Translations under genes and position numbers: made by a program
The notes under the pieces: model-generated
What the model was told of the DNA's origin: nothing
Databases searched by the model: none
The model's input: only the letters and a program-made list of their open reading frames with translations
Shown here: positions 32,729-40,914 of the stretch, piece by piece
Numbering within the stretch: position 1 is the stretch's first letter
Layout: the number at the start of each line of letters is the position of its first letter
NCBI GenBank assembly: GCA_016185545.1
Contig: JACPNJ010000005.1
Span: 4,549 to 68,548 of the forward strand
Length of the DNA stretch: 64,000 nt
Direction: 5' to 3'
Source: Candidatus Yanofskybacteria bacterium
GTDB taxonomy: Bacteria > Patescibacteriota > Minisyncoccia > 2-02-FULL-40-12 > IGHO2-01-FULL-4-A

Positions 32729-32892
32729 ACGCGTTTGGCCCAAGTTCGAGGCAGATATGAGGAGCGAACCGAAGCGTACTAGAAGTACGTTGAGGGAGCA
32801 CCGGAATATCTAACGAGGAAATTGGGCAAACCCGAAGGGCTTTGAGCCACGTTGAGCCCACAAGGTTTGGGACTCCGTGGCGAAAAGCGTGT
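32729..32892 (+). repeat. ~160-nt structured dispersed element, family A (copy 1, upstream of trpS)
   Basis: Homologous to the reverse complement of 53729-53891, with compensatory stem changes. Confidence 0.8.
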
Positions 32893-32901
32893 AAGTTATT
32901 T

Positions 32902-33927
32902 ATGGCTGACAGAATTTTTTCAGGAATACGCCCGTCAGGCAAGTTGCATCTGGGTAACTATCTGGGAGCAATAAAAAACTGGATAGAATTACAAAATTCG
33001 CCGGATACTGAACGGGCAATTTTTGCTGTAGTTGATTATCACGGCATTACCACGCCGTTTGACCCCGAAACCTATCGCCAACAAACCCTGGATACAGTTT
33101 TAGATTTTCTTGCCATAGGAATTGACCCCAAAAAATCACTTCTAATTCGCCAGTCCCATATTCCAGAGCATACCGAACTTGCCTGGATTTTTAATACAAT
33201 CACGCCGGTCAGCTGGTTAGAGCGGCTACCGACTTACAAAGAAAAACTGGAAGAAAGCGGCAAAAAATATAATCATGTTGGTCTGCTTGATTATCCTGTT
33301 CTTATGGCAGCTGATATTTTGATTTATAAATCAAATCTTGTGCCAATTGGCGATGATCAAAAAGCCCACATAGACATAACCAATGAAATCGCCAAGAAAT
33401 TTAATCACATGTTCGGCGAAACCTTTGAACCGGTCAAAGCATACAAGGCCGAGGGCGAGCGTATTAAGTCACTTCAGGACTCGGCTAAAAAAATGTCCAA
33501 ATCGGGTGACGAAGGTATTGCTCTCATTGATTTTCCTGATGTAATCCGTGAAAAAATAAAAAAAGCCGTAACTGATTCTGGCCATGAAGTTATATTTGAT
33601 CCCGATAAAAAACCGGCTATTTCTAACTTAATTACAATCTATCATTTGCTAATTAAAGAGGTTCAACCTCGAGAACCCAAAGAGGTTGAACCTCTAAAAT
33701 TTGGCATCAGAGAAATTGAGAAAAAATACAGCGGCAAAACTTATATTGAATTCAAAAATGACCTCGCGGAAATTATAGTGAATTTTCTCAAGCCATTTCA
33801 GGAAAAACGCAAAGAGTTAGAACAAGATATGACTTATGTTGAGGATGTCTTGACAGAAAGTGAAGAAAAAGCTAAACTTATTGCAAGTAGTACTTTGACA
33901 GAAATCAAACAAAAAATGGGGTTATAA
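32902..33927 (+). CDS. trpS: Tryptophan--tRNA ligase
   Basis: IFSGIRPSGKLHLGNYLG, YPVLMAADIL and KMSKS. Start placed at ATG 32902; the longer ORF runs through a repeat. Confidence 0.97.
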   Translation: MADRIFSGIRPSGKLHLGNYLGAIKNWIELQNSPDTERAIFAVVDYHGITTPFDPETYRQQTLDTVLDFLAIGIDPKKSLLIRQSHIPEHTELAWIFNTITPVSWLERLPTYKEKLEESGKKYNHVGLLDYPVLMAADILIYKSNLVPIGDDQKAHIDITNEIAKKFNHMFGETFEPVKAYKAEGERIKSLQDSAKKMSKSGDEGIALIDFPDVIREKIKKAVTDSGHEVIFDPDKKPAISNLITIYHLLIKEVQPREPKEVEPLKFGIREIEKKYSGKTYIEFKNDLAEIIVNFLKPFQEKRKELEQDMTYVEDVLTESEEKAKLIASSTLTEIKQKMGL

Positions 33928-33935
33928 GGAAAGCG

Positions 33936-34052
33936 ATGAAAATGCTATTACTAATCCTGCTGGTCTGGGTCATTGTGTCAATTCCGGTTGGTTTAATCAG
34001 CGGAAAATTACTTTCCAGAAACAAGAAATACTACCCGCCGGTAAAAAAATAA
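33936..34052 (+). CDS. 38-aa single-TM small protein (not in the ORF track)
   Basis: AAGGA SD, then MKMLLLILLVWVIVSIPVGLISGKLLSRNKKYYPPVKK*; fills the gap after trpS. Confidence 0.5.
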   Translation: MKMLLLILLVWVIVSIPVGLISGKLLSRNKKYYPPVKK

Positions 34053-34054
34053 AC

Positions 34055-35320
34055 TCACAGCGATCCTTTTATTTCCGAAAGCTTCTCTTCGAGAAGCTTT
34101 TTTGTTTTTGCTTCCACCACTAACCGCAAAACTGGTTCGGTATTTGACGGCCTGAAATTGAACCACCAATCGGGATATTCCACCATTATCCCATCCAGTT
34201 CATCAATTTTCCCGTCTTTATATTTTTCCTTAAGTTTTACGAAAACTTGTTCCTTGTTCCATGTTTCATGTTTTGCGATATTAATTTCTCCGGAATTAAA
34301 CCAAGTTCTAAATTGTTCGGTTAATTCCCGAATATTCTTCCCGCTCTTATTTATTATTTTTAACAGCCGCAACATAACTAGAAATGGCATTTCATTGTAG
34401 TTGGTCTCTTTGAAATAAATATGACCCGATAATTCACCACCGATATCAGCATCGTATTTTACTATATTTTCCCGTATAAAAGTCCTGCCATTTTTGGAAT
34501 GAATCGCCTTAATTCCCCACTCTTTAAATTTTTCCAGCACTCCCCTTGAAAATCTCCAATCGTATATTACTTTGGGTTTTGTCCAAAATTTAATACCGCT
34601 TTGTACCAATAAACCGATAACGTATTCGGAATGTATCGGTTTCGCCGCGGAATCAAAAATATAAATTCTGTCGGCGTCTTCGTCAAAGCCAAAAGATAAA
34701 TCGTATTGCTCGTTTATGCTTATAATGCCGGTTTTTTTAACCAATGACTCAAGCTCGTCGGCGATAGTGGCTTGCGGTTCTATCTTTACTCTTACGGCAT
34801 TTGAATCGCGAACATTCCAGGATGATTTTTTAATTATAAAATCAGTATAGGAGTCAATGAGTTTTTGCCGGTCTTGTTTAATTAACTTACCGCCGTACCT
34901 GGATACTTCAAAGTTTTTATTTTCAGTTAAAATAACTTTAATTTTTTCCAAACCGGAATTCAGCCCCACAATAACACCACCCTCGCCGAAAACTTTGAAT
35001 CCTCCGTACTGCGGGCCGAGATGTGAAGCCGTCAGCATAACTCCGCCATTAACGCCAAGTTTTTTAAGGGCAAAATTAAAAAGCGGGGTTGAGGCCAATC
35101 CTATAAATTCAACATCCGCGCCAACGCTTGTAATGCCCTTGACCAGCGCTTGGGCCAGTTTTTCTGAAAATTGGCGGCTGCCATAGCCTATAAGAAATAT
35201 CCGTTTGTTGATGTATTTGACCAGCGCTTGGCCGAGTTTGAATGCAAAATCCTCATCAAAATCACGGCCGTAAATGCCGCGGATATCATAGGCTCTAAAG
35301 ATTTCCGGATTAAAGTTCAC
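34055..35320 (-). CDS. Phosphomannomutase/phosphoglucomutase family protein
   Basis: IFRAYDIRG, TASH, FDEDADR, GGELSGH and FRPSNTEPVLRL. GTG start inferred at 35320. Confidence 0.88.
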   Translation of the reverse strand: MNFNPEIFRAYDIRGIYGRDFDEDFAFKLGQALVKYINKRIFLIGYGSRQFSEKLAQALVKGITSVGADVEFIGLASTPLFNFALKKLGVNGGVMLTASHLGPQYGGFKVFGEGGVIVGLNSGLEKIKVILTENKNFEVSRYGGKLIKQDRQKLIDSYTDFIIKKSSWNVRDSNAVRVKIEPQATIADELESLVKKTGIISINEQYDLSFGFDEDADRIYIFDSAAKPIHSEYVIGLLVQSGIKFWTKPKVIYDWRFSRGVLEKFKEWGIKAIHSKNGRTFIRENIVKYDADIGGELSGHIYFKETNYNEMPFLVMLRLLKIINKSGKNIRELTEQFRTWFNSGEINIAKHETWNKEQVFVKLKEKYKDGKIDELDGIMVEYPDWWFNFRPSNTEPVLRLVVEAKTKKLLEEKLSEIKGSL

Positions 35321-35327
35321 TGCGCAG

Positions 35328-35371
35328 AAATTGTTGAATAATCTAGCATATGCTAGATTATTCAACAATTT
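35328..35371. repeat. 44-bp perfect palindrome centred on CATATG
   Basis: aaattgttgaataatctagcat|atgctagattattcaacaattt, between divergent genes. Confidence 0.9.
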
Positions 35372-35406
35372 GTTAAATTAGGCTAAATTGTTATATTGGT
35401 AACATT

Positions 35407-36795
35407 ATGATGAAAATACTGGAAAGACTCAGACATATTCATATGATCGGCATTAAGGGCACGGGAATGTCTGCCCTGGCTGTTAATTTTAAGCATATGA
35501 ATATCGAGGTTACCGGTTCTGATTTTGATGAAAAATTTTTTACGGACACTTTGCTTAAAAAGCAGGACATTAAAATCAAAACGCCATTTGCTGCGGCTAA
35601 CATACCAAAAAATACCCAACTGGTCATCACCTCTACCGCTTATGATAACAAAAATCAGGAAATCCAAGAAGTCAGACGCCGTAACTTGCCGCTTTTGACT
35701 TACCCGCAAGCATTGGGCCTTTTAACGCGCGAATTGTCGTCAGTTGCAATCTGCGGCAGCCATGGCAAAACCACTACATCAGGCGCTCTGGGATTCCTGC
35801 TTAGCAAAACTGTTTATAATCCGATTATAAATGTCGGCTCCATTGTGCCGCAATTGCTAAAATATAAAGCGCAAAAAACCAAATTATTGGTTTTTGAAGC
35901 TGATGAATATCAGAATAAGTTTGAGTATTTTTACCCTAAAATTGTCATACTAACCAACATTGATTACGATCACCCTGATTACTTTAAAACCTCGGCGCAT
36001 TATAAATTGACGTTTAAAAATTTTATCAAAAGAATTCCCCAAGACGGGTTATTGATTTATTGCGCCGATGATAAAAACTGCAGAGATGTCGCCCAATCGG
36101 CTCAATGTAAAAAAATAAACTACGGATTCTCTAAATATGCGGATTGTCAAATAAATATTAACCGGATAACTCCGGCTAAAATGACTTTTTCAACCCACTT
36201 AGAAGTTGAACTTCTCAAACTGAGAAGTTCAACTTCTAAGTGGCAATCTAAGCTTATCGGTAATCATAACGCCCTCAATCTTACTGCGGCGGCGCTTTGC
36301 GCCGCCGCTCTAGATGTGCCAACCAAACAAATAAAAAAAGCTATTACGAACTTCGTTGGCACCAAGCGGCGTCTGGAAATAACCCGCCGTCTACGCATCA
36401 ATGGACACCATTGCTTAGTTATTGACGATTTTGGTCATCACCCGACGGAAATTAAAGCCACAATCGCCACGCTTAAAACCGCTCATCCCGATAAAACACT
36501 TTGGACCGTTTTCCAACCGCATACTTTCAGCCGTACCGAAGCTTTATTCAATGATTTCTCCAAATGTTTCGACAAGTCGGATAAAACCATAGTCCTGGAC
36601 ATCTATGCCTCAAAGAGAGAAACTAAAGGAAAAATACATTCAAAAGACTTAGTTAAAAAAATAGGCTCGTCTGGCGTTTTTTACAAACCAAGCATTGAAT
36701 TAGCCGCCAAATTTCTTAAAACTAAAATAAAAACCCCGAGCATTATCTTAACGCTCGGAGCTAGCGAAGTCTGGCGTCTAGCTAAACTTTTATAA
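35407..36795 (+). CDS. murC: UDP-N-acetylmuramate--L-alanine ligase
   Basis: IGIKGTGMSALA, GSHGKTTT, EADEY, DYDHPDY, DDFGHHPTEI and FQPHTFSRT. Confidence 0.96.
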   Translation: MMKILERLRHIHMIGIKGTGMSALAVNFKHMNIEVTGSDFDEKFFTDTLLKKQDIKIKTPFAAANIPKNTQLVITSTAYDNKNQEIQEVRRRNLPLLTYPQALGLLTRELSSVAICGSHGKTTTSGALGFLLSKTVYNPIINVGSIVPQLLKYKAQKTKLLVFEADEYQNKFEYFYPKIVILTNIDYDHPDYFKTSAHYKLTFKNFIKRIPQDGLLIYCADDKNCRDVAQSAQCKKINYGFSKYADCQININRITPAKMTFSTHLEVELLKLRSSTSKWQSKLIGNHNALNLTAAALCAAALDVPTKQIKKAITNFVGTKRRLEITRRLRINGHHCLVIDDFGHHPTEIKATIATLKTAHPDKTLWTVFQPHTFSRTEALFNDFSKCFDKSDKTIVLDIYASKRETKGKIHSKDLVKKIGSSGVFYKPSIELAAKFLKTKIKTPSIILTLGASEVWRLAKLL

Positions 36796-36796
36796 T

Positions 36797-37888
36797 ATGC
36801 TAAGTATCGGCATCGTCGGGTTGCCGAATGTGGGCAAATCCACGCTCTTCAAGGCCCTGACGAAAAAACAAGTTGATATTCAGAATTATCCCTTTACAAC
36901 CATAGACCCGAATGTGGGCGTGGTTGGCGTACCTGATAAACGGCTTGAATTGTTAGCCAGAATGTCTCATTCGGCTAAGATTGTACCGACTGCTATTGAG
37001 TTTATTGATATTGCCGGACTTGTTAAGGGCGCGGCTCAAGGCGAGGGGTTGGGAAACAAATTTCTTGCCAATATTCGCGAAGTTGATGCTATTGCCGAAA
37101 TAGTCAGAGTTTTTGAAGATGAAAAAATTACTCACGTTCACAAACGTATTGATCCGGCCAATGATATTGAGGTTATAAACACCGAGTTGATTCTGGCTGA
37201 TTTGGAAACAGTCAATAAACGGCTTGAAAAAACTAAGGGGAATGACGAAAAAACAAAAATTGAACTGAATGCGCTGAACAAATTAAAACTAGGCCTGCAA
37301 TCAGGCATTTTGGCAGTTGATATAAATCTTGATAAAAAAGAACTGCCGCTGGTAAAAGAATTAAATCTTCTGACCAACAAAAAATTTATTTATGTGCCGA
37401 ATATTTCAGAAAAACAGTTGAAAAATGATTGGCAGTTTAATGTCGAGCTTAAAAAAACAATCGGCAGCAATGAATTTACTGTTTTATCCAGTACTTTTGA
37501 ACTCTTGCTCTCGGAATCAACGCCAGAAGAACAAAAAAATTACCTTGACGACATGGGCCTGAAAGAAAGCGGCTTGGATAATTTAATTAAAAAAGCTTAT
37601 TCTGCTTTGGATCTGATAACTTTCCTGACCACCGGTGAGGACGAGACGCGCGCCTGGACGGCGCGCGCCGGTTCCCCCATTCCGCAAGCCGCCCGCGCTA
37701 TCCATACCGATTTTGAACAAAAATTCATCCGTGCCGAGGTTATCAATTGGCAAGAGTTGCTTGCGGCCGGCTCCCGTTCGACTGACTCAGGGCAGGCCTG
37801 GGGCAACGCGCGCCAGACCGGCAAAATTCATACCGTCGGCAAGGATTACATTATCCAGGATGGCGATGTTATAGAAATTAAGATATGA
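36797..37888 (+). CDS. ychF: Redox-regulated ATPase YchF
   Basis: GIVGLPNVGKSTLF, NYPFTTIDPN, DIAGLVKGA and GKDYIIQDGDV. Confidence 0.97.
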   Translation: MLSIGIVGLPNVGKSTLFKALTKKQVDIQNYPFTTIDPNVGVVGVPDKRLELLARMSHSAKIVPTAIEFIDIAGLVKGAAQGEGLGNKFLANIREVDAIAEIVRVFEDEKITHVHKRIDPANDIEVINTELILADLETVNKRLEKTKGNDEKTKIELNALNKLKLGLQSGILAVDINLDKKELPLVKELNLLTNKKFIYVPNISEKQLKNDWQFNVELKKTIGSNEFTVLSSTFELLLSESTPEEQKNYLDDMGLKESGLDNLIKKAYSALDLITFLTTGEDETRAWTARAGSPIPQAARAIHTDFEQKFIRAEVINWQELLAAGSRSTDSGQAWGNARQTGKIHTVGKDYIIQDGDVIEIKI

Positions 37889-37927
37889 TACAAATCAATA
37901 AGAACTTTGAAAATATCCGGGGCTATT

Positions 37928-38494
37928 ATGAACTTTGATAACTTATCTAGTGAGGAATTAAAAAAATTACTCACCATGGGTCGAACATCCGGTAAAAGAA
38001 TGGCTTTTGAATTTTGGCTCAAGCACATAGAACTAATCGCTCCCAGGGAAACTGGCATAGGCAAAGACCAGCAGCATTACACGGCAAGATTCTTAACACG
38101 GTTTTCTCTGGTTTCAACCACACATTCAATGTTCCACTTTCCTACTTTCATGAGTTTGGCGCAAATTTATGACGAATTCGTGCAGGATATTGAAAACCAG
38201 TATTCACCGGAACCCATGGAAATAGCCGGTTACCAAACTTTACTGCTTGGCGGGTTTTATCTGAAAGCCGCAAGTAAACATTACAACATGGAAGACATAC
38301 GAAAAATGGGCGAATTATTTTTCACCCGCGGAGCAATCGGCAAAAGAAAATCCGTAATCAAAAAAATGGCTCATAATTTTAGCCGATGGCAAAATACGCT
38401 TTGTTATCTTGAATGGTATTTAAGAAATGAAAGATTAGTCATTCAAAAAGCAGAAAAACCCGACGAGCCCCTCATCAAAATCATCCCCCGCTAG
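37928..38494 (+). CDS. Hypothetical protein
   Basis: Open frame with no recognised motif; ATG at 37928 preferred over TTG at 37907. Converges on the RT gene. Confidence 0.55.
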   Translation: MNFDNLSSEELKKLLTMGRTSGKRMAFEFWLKHIELIAPRETGIGKDQQHYTARFLTRFSLVSTTHSMFHFPTFMSLAQIYDEFVQDIENQYSPEPMEIAGYQTLLLGGFYLKAASKHYNMEDIRKMGELFFTRGAIGKRKSVIKKMAHNFSRWQNTLCYLEWYLRNERLVIQKAEKPDEPLIKIIPR

Positions 38495-39501
38495 GGGGAT
38501 TTATATTTTAAAATTTCGGCTTTTAGTTCGTTGGAATTTCCGTGGCTCAAAAGGCCTAGATACGATTCTATTGCCGCAATGTCAGGATTTGATTTAAGTT
38601 TTTTTAACATTCTTCTCTTTGTTGTTGTTCTCAATATTCTGTGGTCTGGAAAATTCACCCACCCCAGAAAATCAACACCCGAATTAATGGTTTTTATGAA
38701 AATTTTACCGGGATGTAATTCTAGTTTAAGATTTTCGGATAAAAAAATCTGAATAGGGTTGATTATACCTTTAAGCCAGGCTTTGTAGGGTGAAATTATT
38801 ACAAAGTCGTCTGAATATCTGACATAGTATTTAGCCTTGAGTTTGTGCTTAACAAACTGGTCAAACTTGTTCATATAGATATTTACGAAAAGCTGTGATG
38901 TTAAGTTACCAAGCGGCAAGCCAACGCCTATTTTCTTGGACGAGAAACTTTTAATGATTTGGTTAAGAAGCCACAAAATATCCTTGTCCGGTATGTTCTC
39001 AACCAAAATTTTTTTCAGTACTTCATGGTCAATATTTTTAAAGAATTTCTTGATATCACACTTTAATATCCAACAAGTGCGAGTATTGTTTTTATTGGCT
39101 TTGTGGGCAAAACTCCTGAAACGGTTTATTGCTTTATGAGTTCCTTTGCCGACTCTGCACGAGAATGAATCGGGAATAAACACTCGGTCAAGGAACGGAC
39201 AAAGTTGCCTACAGACGGCATGGTGAATCAAACGGTCCCTTACTGGCGATTTGTGTATTTGCCTTGGTTTGGGGTCATTGATACGAAAAGATTGATATTT
39301 GCCGTGCTTATAAGTTTTGCCCATCAATTCATGGTGAAGTTCGATAATATTGTCCATCAAATTCATACTGAATTTTTGGACATCTTTCTTTTTGCGCTTT
39401 CCTTTCAAAAATTCTTGCCAAGAATGAAGCAGATTGTCTATACTTACAACATCGTAAAAACAAACACAAAAACCACCTTTATGCCCCCCCCCCAACAACA
39501 A
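38491..39501 (-). CDS. DGR reverse transcriptase
   Basis: KPRQIH...RDRLIHHA, SFSCRVGKGTH, LKCDIKKFF, GLPLGNLTSQLF, YVRYSDDFV and GVDFLGW. The start depends on poly-G length (TTG 39501 as assembled, ATG 39517 with G9). Confidence 0.95.
   Translation of the reverse strand: MLLGGGHKGGFCVCFYDVVSIDNLLHSWQEFLKGKRKKKDVQKFSMNLMDNIIELHHELMGKTYKHGKYQSFRINDPKPRQIHKSPVRDRLIHHAVCRQLCPFLDRVFIPDSFSCRVGKGTHKAINRFRSFAHKANKNNTRTCWILKCDIKKFFKNIDHEVLKKILVENIPDKDILWLLNQIIKSFSSKKIGVGLPLGNLTSQLFVNIYMNKFDQFVKHKLKAKYYVRYSDDFVIISPYKAWLKGIINPIQIFLSENLKLELHPGKIFIKTINSGVDFLGWVNFPDHRILRTTTKRRMLKKLKSNPDIAAIESYLGLLSHGNSNELKAEILKYKSP
39484..39493. repeat. C10/G10 homopolymer in the overlapping 5' ends of avd and RT
   Basis: atg-cccccccccc-aacaacaatttg; lies just downstream of both candidate ATGs (39481 on +, 39517 on -). 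Confidence 0.85.
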
Positions 39502-39502
39502 T

Positions 39503-39850
39503 TTGTCGATTATTCATGGTTTTATTGAATTATACAAAGTCTGGCAAAAAATATTTCCCCACTTTCCGACCACCTCCAGACACACGCTCGGATACAGAAT
39601 AGATAATCTTCTCGTGGAAATAGCTGAATTATTGTTTCTGGCGCAATTTGCAACCGGCAATCTTAAGTTATCTCTGGTTGAAAAAACATCACAGAAACTA
39701 GATACGATAAAATTCCTGTTAAGGTTGGCTTGGGAAGTTGAATCTATGGAAGAAAAGAAATATATAATTTTGTCTGAATATCTGCAAAACATTGGGAAAC
39801 AACTTGGCGGTTGGATAAAATATATAAGAAAAGAAAACTCTCCGCGTTGA
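39503..39850 (+). CDS. avd: DGR accessory variability determinant Avd (four-helix bundle)
   Basis: FPTTSRHTLGYRID, LDTIKFLLRLAWE and IGKQLGGW are Avd-type motifs. Lies between TR and RT on the opposite strand. Confidence 0.88.
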   Translation: MSIIHGFIELYKVWQKIFPHFPTTSRHTLGYRIDNLLVEIAELLFLAQFATGNLKLSLVEKTSQKLDTIKFLLRLAWEVESMEEKKYIILSEYLQNIGKQLGGWIKYIRKENSPR

Positions 39851-39870
39851 GCAGAGAGAAACAGAGATAG

Positions 39871-40006
39871 TTTCGAGGCAGAACGAACACGAAGCGATAG
39901 TCAGAATCAAAGACGTTGTCGGGATTGCCGTAATACGCGTTCAACCAAGGTTCGCCATCGTTACGATTCACATCGAACACGTTCAGGTTGCCGTCGGAGT
40001 CAGTAA
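39871..40006 (-). other. DGR template repeat (TR)
   Basis: 136-bp ungapped match to 40265-40400, AAC/AAT-rich in frame; all 16 mismatches are at TR adenines. Confidence 0.96.
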
Positions 40007-40196
40007 TGTATGGCATACCGTCTATACCACCACCCCTTGAGTTTTCTCAGGGTTGAATCTAATTTGATATCTAAATCATACCCTAGTACACCACACCAAG
40101 TATGTCTGTTTTTTTTTGAGGCCGCTCAAAGCCTTCTAATTTTGACCGTGAGCATGTCGCCGTATCTATAATATAACTTATTTCCGAAATAAAAAA

Positions 40197-40229
40197 GGGT
40201 CAGTCAATGATAAAAATATTGACCGACCC
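40197..40229 (-). terminator. Hairpin downstream of the VR (DGR homing hairpin and/or intrinsic terminator)
   Basis: gggtcagtcaat-N9-attgaccgaccc, followed by a T-run on the - strand, about 30 bp after the target stop. Confidence 0.7.
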
Positions 40230-40260
40230 AGAAACCAAGCAACAAGAATCTGAGAGATCC

Positions 40261-40914
40261 TTACTTGCGAGGCAGAACGAACACGAAGCGATAGACAGAA
40301 ACAAAGACGCTGTCGGGACAGCCGCAAAACGCGCCCAACCAAGGTTCGCCATCGAAACGATTCACAACGAACACGCGCAGGCTGCCGTCGGAGTCAGTAA
40401 GTGGCTCCATGGCAACTACGAGACACTCTCCATCGGGCTGATCCTTGTACTGATCGCGCAGTGCCGGACCAACTTCGTTTGGACAGAGTTGACCGCCGAC
40501 CTCAACTATCCTGGCACAGATGTCATCATACCGGGTACTCTTCTTGAAACCGAGTTCAGCAACCGACATGACACACAAATCCACTTCAATCTCTGCCTGC
40601 GAGATGGAGATTTTGTGGAGAATCTGCTGTGCCCAATCACCGATTCGGGTAGTACCTCCACGCTTCAGGGCACTCGCGTAAGCCTTCGGGGTCTTGTGAA
40701 GGCCCAGTCTGATGGTCCCCCAAACCTTCAGCACTGGCAAAAGCCCAAGAAACTTCTGGAAGACATCTCTGACAGGCAAAGTATTTGACTTGATTGCCCG
40801 AGCCAGGTCTGATAGATACCCGCTGTGCAGTGTGTTCATCTCCTCACCGGAGAGCTTCTGCTGATCCAGCAGATTAAGTGTCTGCTGGGCATGACCAAAA
40901 GTTGCATTGCTCAT
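40261..40914 (-). CDS. DGR target protein with C-terminal variable region (probable CLec-like fold)
   Basis: AGGAG SD; C-terminus TDSDGSLRVFVVNRFDGEPWLGAFCGCPDSVFVSVYRFVFVLPRK is encoded by the VR. The fold is inferred. Confidence 0.93.
   Translation of the reverse strand: MSNATFGHAQQTLNLLDQQKLSGEEMNTLHSGYLSDLARAIKSNTLPVRDVFQKFLGLLPVLKVWGTIRLGLHKTPKAYASALKRGGTTRIGDWAQQILHKISISQAEIEVDLCVMSVAELGFKKSTRYDDICARIVEVGGQLCPNEVGPALRDQYKDQPDGECLVVAMEPLTDSDGSLRVFVVNRFDGEPWLGAFCGCPDSVFVSVYRFVFVLPRK
40265..40400 (-). repeat. DGR variable repeat (VR)
   Basis: Relative to the TR on the coding strand: 7 A>T, 7 A>G and 2 A>C changes, no indels. Confidence 0.96.

Noticed and set aside
32729-32892. T-box riboswitch upstream of trpS
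   Set aside because: No T-box consensus or terminator, and a homologous copy precedes an unrelated gene.
38491-39501. RT as a group II intron or retron enzyme
   Set aside because: No maturase or endonuclease extension and no retron VTG motif seen; the SQ motif, Avd and TR/VR pair indicate a DGR.
39744-40016. 90-aa ORF similar to the target C-terminus
   Set aside because: It is the translation of the TR running into antisense avd; treated as template RNA, not a gene.
40207-40788. 193-aa + strand ORF
   Set aside because: Shadow of the GC-rich DGR target on the opposite strand.
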